Below are positions 59,863-64,000 of a stretch of DNA of 64,000 bases, one piece after another. The number at the start of each line of letters is the position of its first letter. The stretch's first letter is position 1. This stretch comes from Selaginella moellendorffii (taxonomy: Eukaryota > Plantae > Lycopodiophyta): NCBI RefSeq assembly GCF_000143415.4, contig NW_003314263.1, forward strand, positions 1,118,165 through 1,182,164. The letters run 5' to 3'. Position numbers and translations under genes: made by a program. The notes under the pieces were generated by a model. It ran no database searches. It had not been told where the DNA came from and saw only the letters and a list, made by a program, of their open reading frames with translations.

Positions 59863-62585
59863 TCATCTCCGTACGAATGCCGGTGGCAGCCTCCTCTCAA
59901 GCGCTCTAATCAGTGCTCTTTTGCTCCACTTCGCCACCTCCTCCTCCCCTTCCAGACCGCCACCGCCACCGCCACCACTCACCGCCACCTTGAGCCGACT
60001 CACAGCCTCCACAAGCTGCCCCCGCAGTCTCTGCGACAGCAACACCCCGGCGCTCGACACACACTCCTTGTAGAGCGGCAAATACGCCACCGTCGCCTGG
60101 AGCTGGAGCGGCAAGTCCTGGAGGCTGAGCGGCGACGACCCACGCTTGAGCGCGCGCATAAAGTTAACGTGGTGCCGGGCCCCGATTTGCCGCCCCGCGG
60201 CAAATGCTGCAAGCGACCACTCCTCGGCCAGGAAATCCCGCAGCTCGAGCGTCACCCCCTCCTCCTCGGCGGCGGTGGCGATGGCGTCGGCCACGCGGTA
60301 CGTCTCGTCGGGATTTCCCAGGAAATCGGCGTGGAGGAGAAACGCGATGCCCTTGAGCGATCCCGCGCTGCGTTCTCCGGCGGCCTTGAGGATCTCCCCG
60401 CTCAGAGTGTCGAGGACGTGGGCTGGGACGTGGTCGAGGAGGTATGCCGCGGCGTCGATCCGGCTGCTGGAGGCGGCGGCCGTGAGAGCGAGGCAGAGCT
60501 CCATGTCTTTGCAGCCGCGGGTGACGAACCATTCTACCACCTCGAGGGATCCTCGCTCCGCGGCTCGCATCAAGGGGCCGAGGAAGGAGGTGGCGCTGCC
60601 TTCGTGGACGAGGCACTCCATGGTTCCGAGCTTGCAGTAGTGCGAGGCGAATCCCAGGGCCAAGTCCACGTCCAGCTCCACGCTATTTCGCTGGGCTATC
60701 TGTGGAAGAACAAGGAAGAAAACCATTGTTTGTCACTTGATCTCCACAAACAAGAGCTAAACAACACACACACACAGATGATCGAATCACGAAGAAAAGA
60801 GAGGAGAGCTAAGAACAAGATGATCGATCGAATACGAAGAGAAGAGAGAGAGGAGCTAAAGAACAAGATGATCGATCGATGAGAGAGAGAGAGAGAAGAA
60901 GAAGAGCTAGAGAACAAGATGATCGATCGATGAGAGAGAGAGAGAGAGAAGAAGAAGAGCTAGAGAACAAGATGAATCACAGAGAGAGAGAGAGAGAGAG
61001 AGGAGCTTGACGATCGATCAGAGGAGAGAGAAGAGCTAAAGAACAAGATGATCGATCGATCAGAGAGAGAGAGAGAAGAAGAAGAGCTAAAGAACAAGAT
61101 GAATCACACAGAGAGAGAAGAGCTAGGATGACGATCGATCACGAAGAGGAGAGAGAAGAGCTAAAGAACAAGATAATCGATCAGAGAGAGCTAGAGAGAG
61201 AATGGTTTACCTGGAGGAGGATTCTCACGAGCTCCGTGCTCCCAAACCGGGCAGCCTCGAGGAAACACTGGTTGACGTTATCGGCGCCACCCTCGAGCAG
61301 CAGCCCCAGCAGTCCTTGCATGGCGCTGGCGGCGATGCCGGTGGCCCAGCCCGGATCGATGGCGCTGGAGAAGAGCGTCAGTGGGAAGCACGCCGCGTCG
61401 AACGCCTCGGTGTAGTCCTTGCCGCTCAGGTTGCCACCCGCGAGGCCCAGGAAGTGCTTGAACGCCATGAGCTGGAGCCGCGACTCGTGCATCGAGTTCT
61501 GGATGATCTTGTTGTACTCGTCACCCTGCGTGGCTTTGCCCCGCGAGTGCGAGCCGATGCATCGCAGCGCCCACTCGGTGAATCTCTGGACCTTGGCCGC
61601 CGCCTCGGCCTTGAGTTCTTCGTCACCATTACACTCCTGGAGCCGGTCTCGCAATCTACGCACGAAACGAACGTTAAATCACAGGCTAAATGCTCTCGGG
61701 AAGAAGAAACTATCGAGACGAACAAGAAGAAGAAAGGAAACTATCGAAAACTATCGAGAAGAAGAACACCACCTTGGAGAAGCTCTCGGGAAAAGAAACT
61801 ATCGAAAAACTATCAGAAGCTCTCGGGAAGAGGAAACTATCGAAAACTATCGAGAAGAACACCACCTTGGAGAAGAGCACGAAAGCTTACCTTTGTGCCA
61901 TGACTGTTACCGTGTCGGCCAAGCTCATCGTCCGGCTCCTACACGCCGAGACGCACGAGGCCAGGAACGACGTTCTCAAAGTTGCCCGAGTGTAGTCATT
62001 CGCGCCGGCCCGGATGATCTTCTCGATCAGCCGAGTAGCCCCCGAGAGCTCCTCCTGCGTGCTTAGAAACCACACCGAGTCGAGCGCGATGCAAAGCCCA
62101 TCGTTGAGCCGCTGCGTGTCGGCGCGCTGGATGTAACTCTCGGCCAGATCCCAGCTGTGAGCGCTCACCGCCTGCTGGAAGCTCCGGCCGAGCTCCACTC
62201 GCTCGCGCTTGTGGACTCTCCGTCCTCTATCCTGTTCTTCCACAGCCTCTTCTTCTACTTGTTCGTCCTCGTCCTGGTAGAGCTGCGCGCTACACCGGCT
62301 GCAAGTCCCTCGATCCTGTCCAGAGCTGCTGCTAGCACTAGAGATCTTCCGCTTCTCGGGGCTTCTCACGAGAGGAAGAACGTCTCCCGCATTCTCTCCT
62401 TGCGGGTTTCCTCCGCCATGAAAGACGTGGGAGTGAGAAGCTTGGTGGTGGTGATAGACTTGATGGTGGTGGTGGTGGTGATCGTGGCCAAGTTGGTCGC
62501 TGGAACCCGGCTCCAAATCCATGGAGACCACCTCCACCGATTCCAATTCCTCCTGGCTACACCCATCCGAGCCTGCCCTCTTCAT
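59863..62585 (-). CDS. SKIP35: Ankyrin-repeat protein SKIP35-like (3 coding exons)
   Basis: LRTSFLASCVSACRSRTMSLADTVTVMAQR|LRDRLQECNGDEELKAEAAAKVQRFTEWAL…EAARFGSTELVRILLQ|IAQRNS…LLSQRLRGQLVEA. Confidence 0.9.
60750..61200. repeat. Intronic GA-rich compound minisatellite
   Basis: The unit gaagagctaaagaacaagatgatcgatcgat(ga)n is repeated about 7-8 times. Confidence 0.9.
61692..61875. repeat. Intronic tandem repeat
   Basis: Repeated gctctcgggaa..gaaactatcgaaaactatc and gaagaacaccaccttggagaag. Confidence 0.85.
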
Positions 62586-63161
62586 CTCCAAGGATGGAGT
62601 CTTTCACCTTCCACTCTCTGGAAAACTGATACCCTAGCTACTCCTCGATTCGTCCTGTCTACAAACTCACATAGTTCCAGCCGAGTGTGATCTTCGCGAA
62701 TTTCATGACCCCGAGCTCTGGATTTGGAGACAAAAAAGAGAGTGCTCATCAGGAACCAAGAGAAAGTATTTAAGAGAAAAAGAAGGAATGGAAATCGAAG
62801 AACACTACCTTTGTAGATAGATCGCTCCTCCAGCCCTCCAGGGAGAGAGTGAGAATGGAGCCCTTTTGCTCGATGGAGAGAGATACGCGACTGTAGCGCG
62901 AGCGCTACCTAGGCATTTTGGATTTTCTCAGTTATGGGGATTGAGCTACTTGGACAGCCATACCGTACCGGTACGGCGGGCATAGAATATGTGGGATATA
63001 TGCCCAGAATGGGCATATGCGCCACCTTTTGGGAGGCTCGCAACTATGGTGTTTTATTACTTCCTGGAACGAGCAAGAGAGCGGGCCTGTGAAAACGAAA
63101 GGCTTTTTGATTTCACTTATCTCTTTCGATTTGTACTGCTATCGAGCGAGTCGCTGGATCA

Positions 63162-64000
63162 TCACTTTGGCCGGCGACGATCCGGATAGAAGATGTCGTC
63201 CAGGCCCGTCTTGATGGATCCGGCCACTCTTGACAAGTTGTGCCCAACGGCTGTTGCTATCAATCCCGCGGTTCGGAAAAACCTGCGAGGAAAAAGAGAA
63301 GTTTTGCCGATCGAAACGAGAAGAGCAAAGATCCAGTGCTAACCTCGTCGCAAATTCATCGCTCCGAGTTGGTCCAGCAATTTGAGGACGGTGGCTGGGA
63401 GGAGGAGGGGGAGGAGTCTGTGGTACTGCTACACGAGGACCTGTGACAACAACAGAAGAAAAACGCAAGAATCAGTCTCTCAGCACGAAACGTTTCTCCT
63501 TTCCTGACCTTCTTCGTGAGCATCGGCTTGGTCCGAAAGTTGGCCTGGCATTTGTCCAGGAACTGTTTGATGAGCATGCTGTGGAGCTTTTCTGGGATCC
63601 AAGAGTTGCATCTATGGCACAAGAACTCGCGAGGAAGAGAAACAAGAACAAAGCGAAACAAAACTCACCTCAATTCCCAGGCAAGCAGGCAATTCAACCC
63701 GTCTATCCTGGCCAGCTCCAGAAGGAGTGCTTTGCTTGTACACGGAGTATCCAAGGCACGCGTACTTAAACTCGAAGAGTCTCTTCTCATCGTTGAGCGC
63801 TTCTAAGTGAGGATTATTTCCCTTGTAAGCTGGGAGAACAAAACAAGGAGGAAGAAAAACACAGGAGGAGATAAGTCGCTAGAAATAAGCTCTCACTCAC
63901 CTTGCTTCTCGGAGCGCGACAACCCCACACAGAGTGGATTCCGGCCATTCTCCTTGCGATAGCTCGAGTGATACAAGCATCCAGTGCAGCTTTTCCCGCT
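63162..64000 (-). CDS. Conserved plant protein of unknown function (At3g51100-like); 5' end lies outside the window
   Basis: GKSCTGCLYHSS…NPLCVGL, FKYACLGYSVY…ELPACLGIE and RFFRTAGLIATAVGHNLSRVAGSIKTGLDDIFYPDRRRPK*. Confidence 0.8.

Noticed and set aside
59842-60882. 346-aa plus-strand ORF
   Set aside because: Antisense shadow of the GC-rich SKIP35 exon.
60750-61200. Repeat-spacer-like appearance suggesting a CRISPR array
   Set aside because: The 'spacers' are GA microsatellite, the context is a eukaryotic intron, and there are no cas genes.

Overview
This is gene-dense eukaryotic plant DNA with very short GT-AG introns (mostly about 50-80 nt) and an expanded set of PLS-class PPR genes. The style is most consistent with the lycophyte Selaginella (inference, not verified). 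Ordinary spliced genes flank the window: RING/coiled-coil, RING-CH, two tandem QCR10-like genes, PRP38, a GH28 polygalacturonase and CAMTA on the left; a BOR-type borate exporter, three PPR genes, a SKIP35-like ankyrin protein and a partial At3g51100-like gene on the right. Transposon remnants occupy 1-4 kb. The 15-40 kb and 50-59.7 kb regions are a duplication patchwork with three components: (i) a multi-exon gene family I cannot assign (one apparently intact copy plus several broken ones), (ii) two intronless helical-repeat ORFs, and (iii) many 'abridged' copies of neighbouring BOR, PPR and UGT genes. These copies are shortened by multiple internal deletions, are often inverted relative to the parent, and are fused into mosaics. 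All exon structures were read by eye, and no database searches were run.
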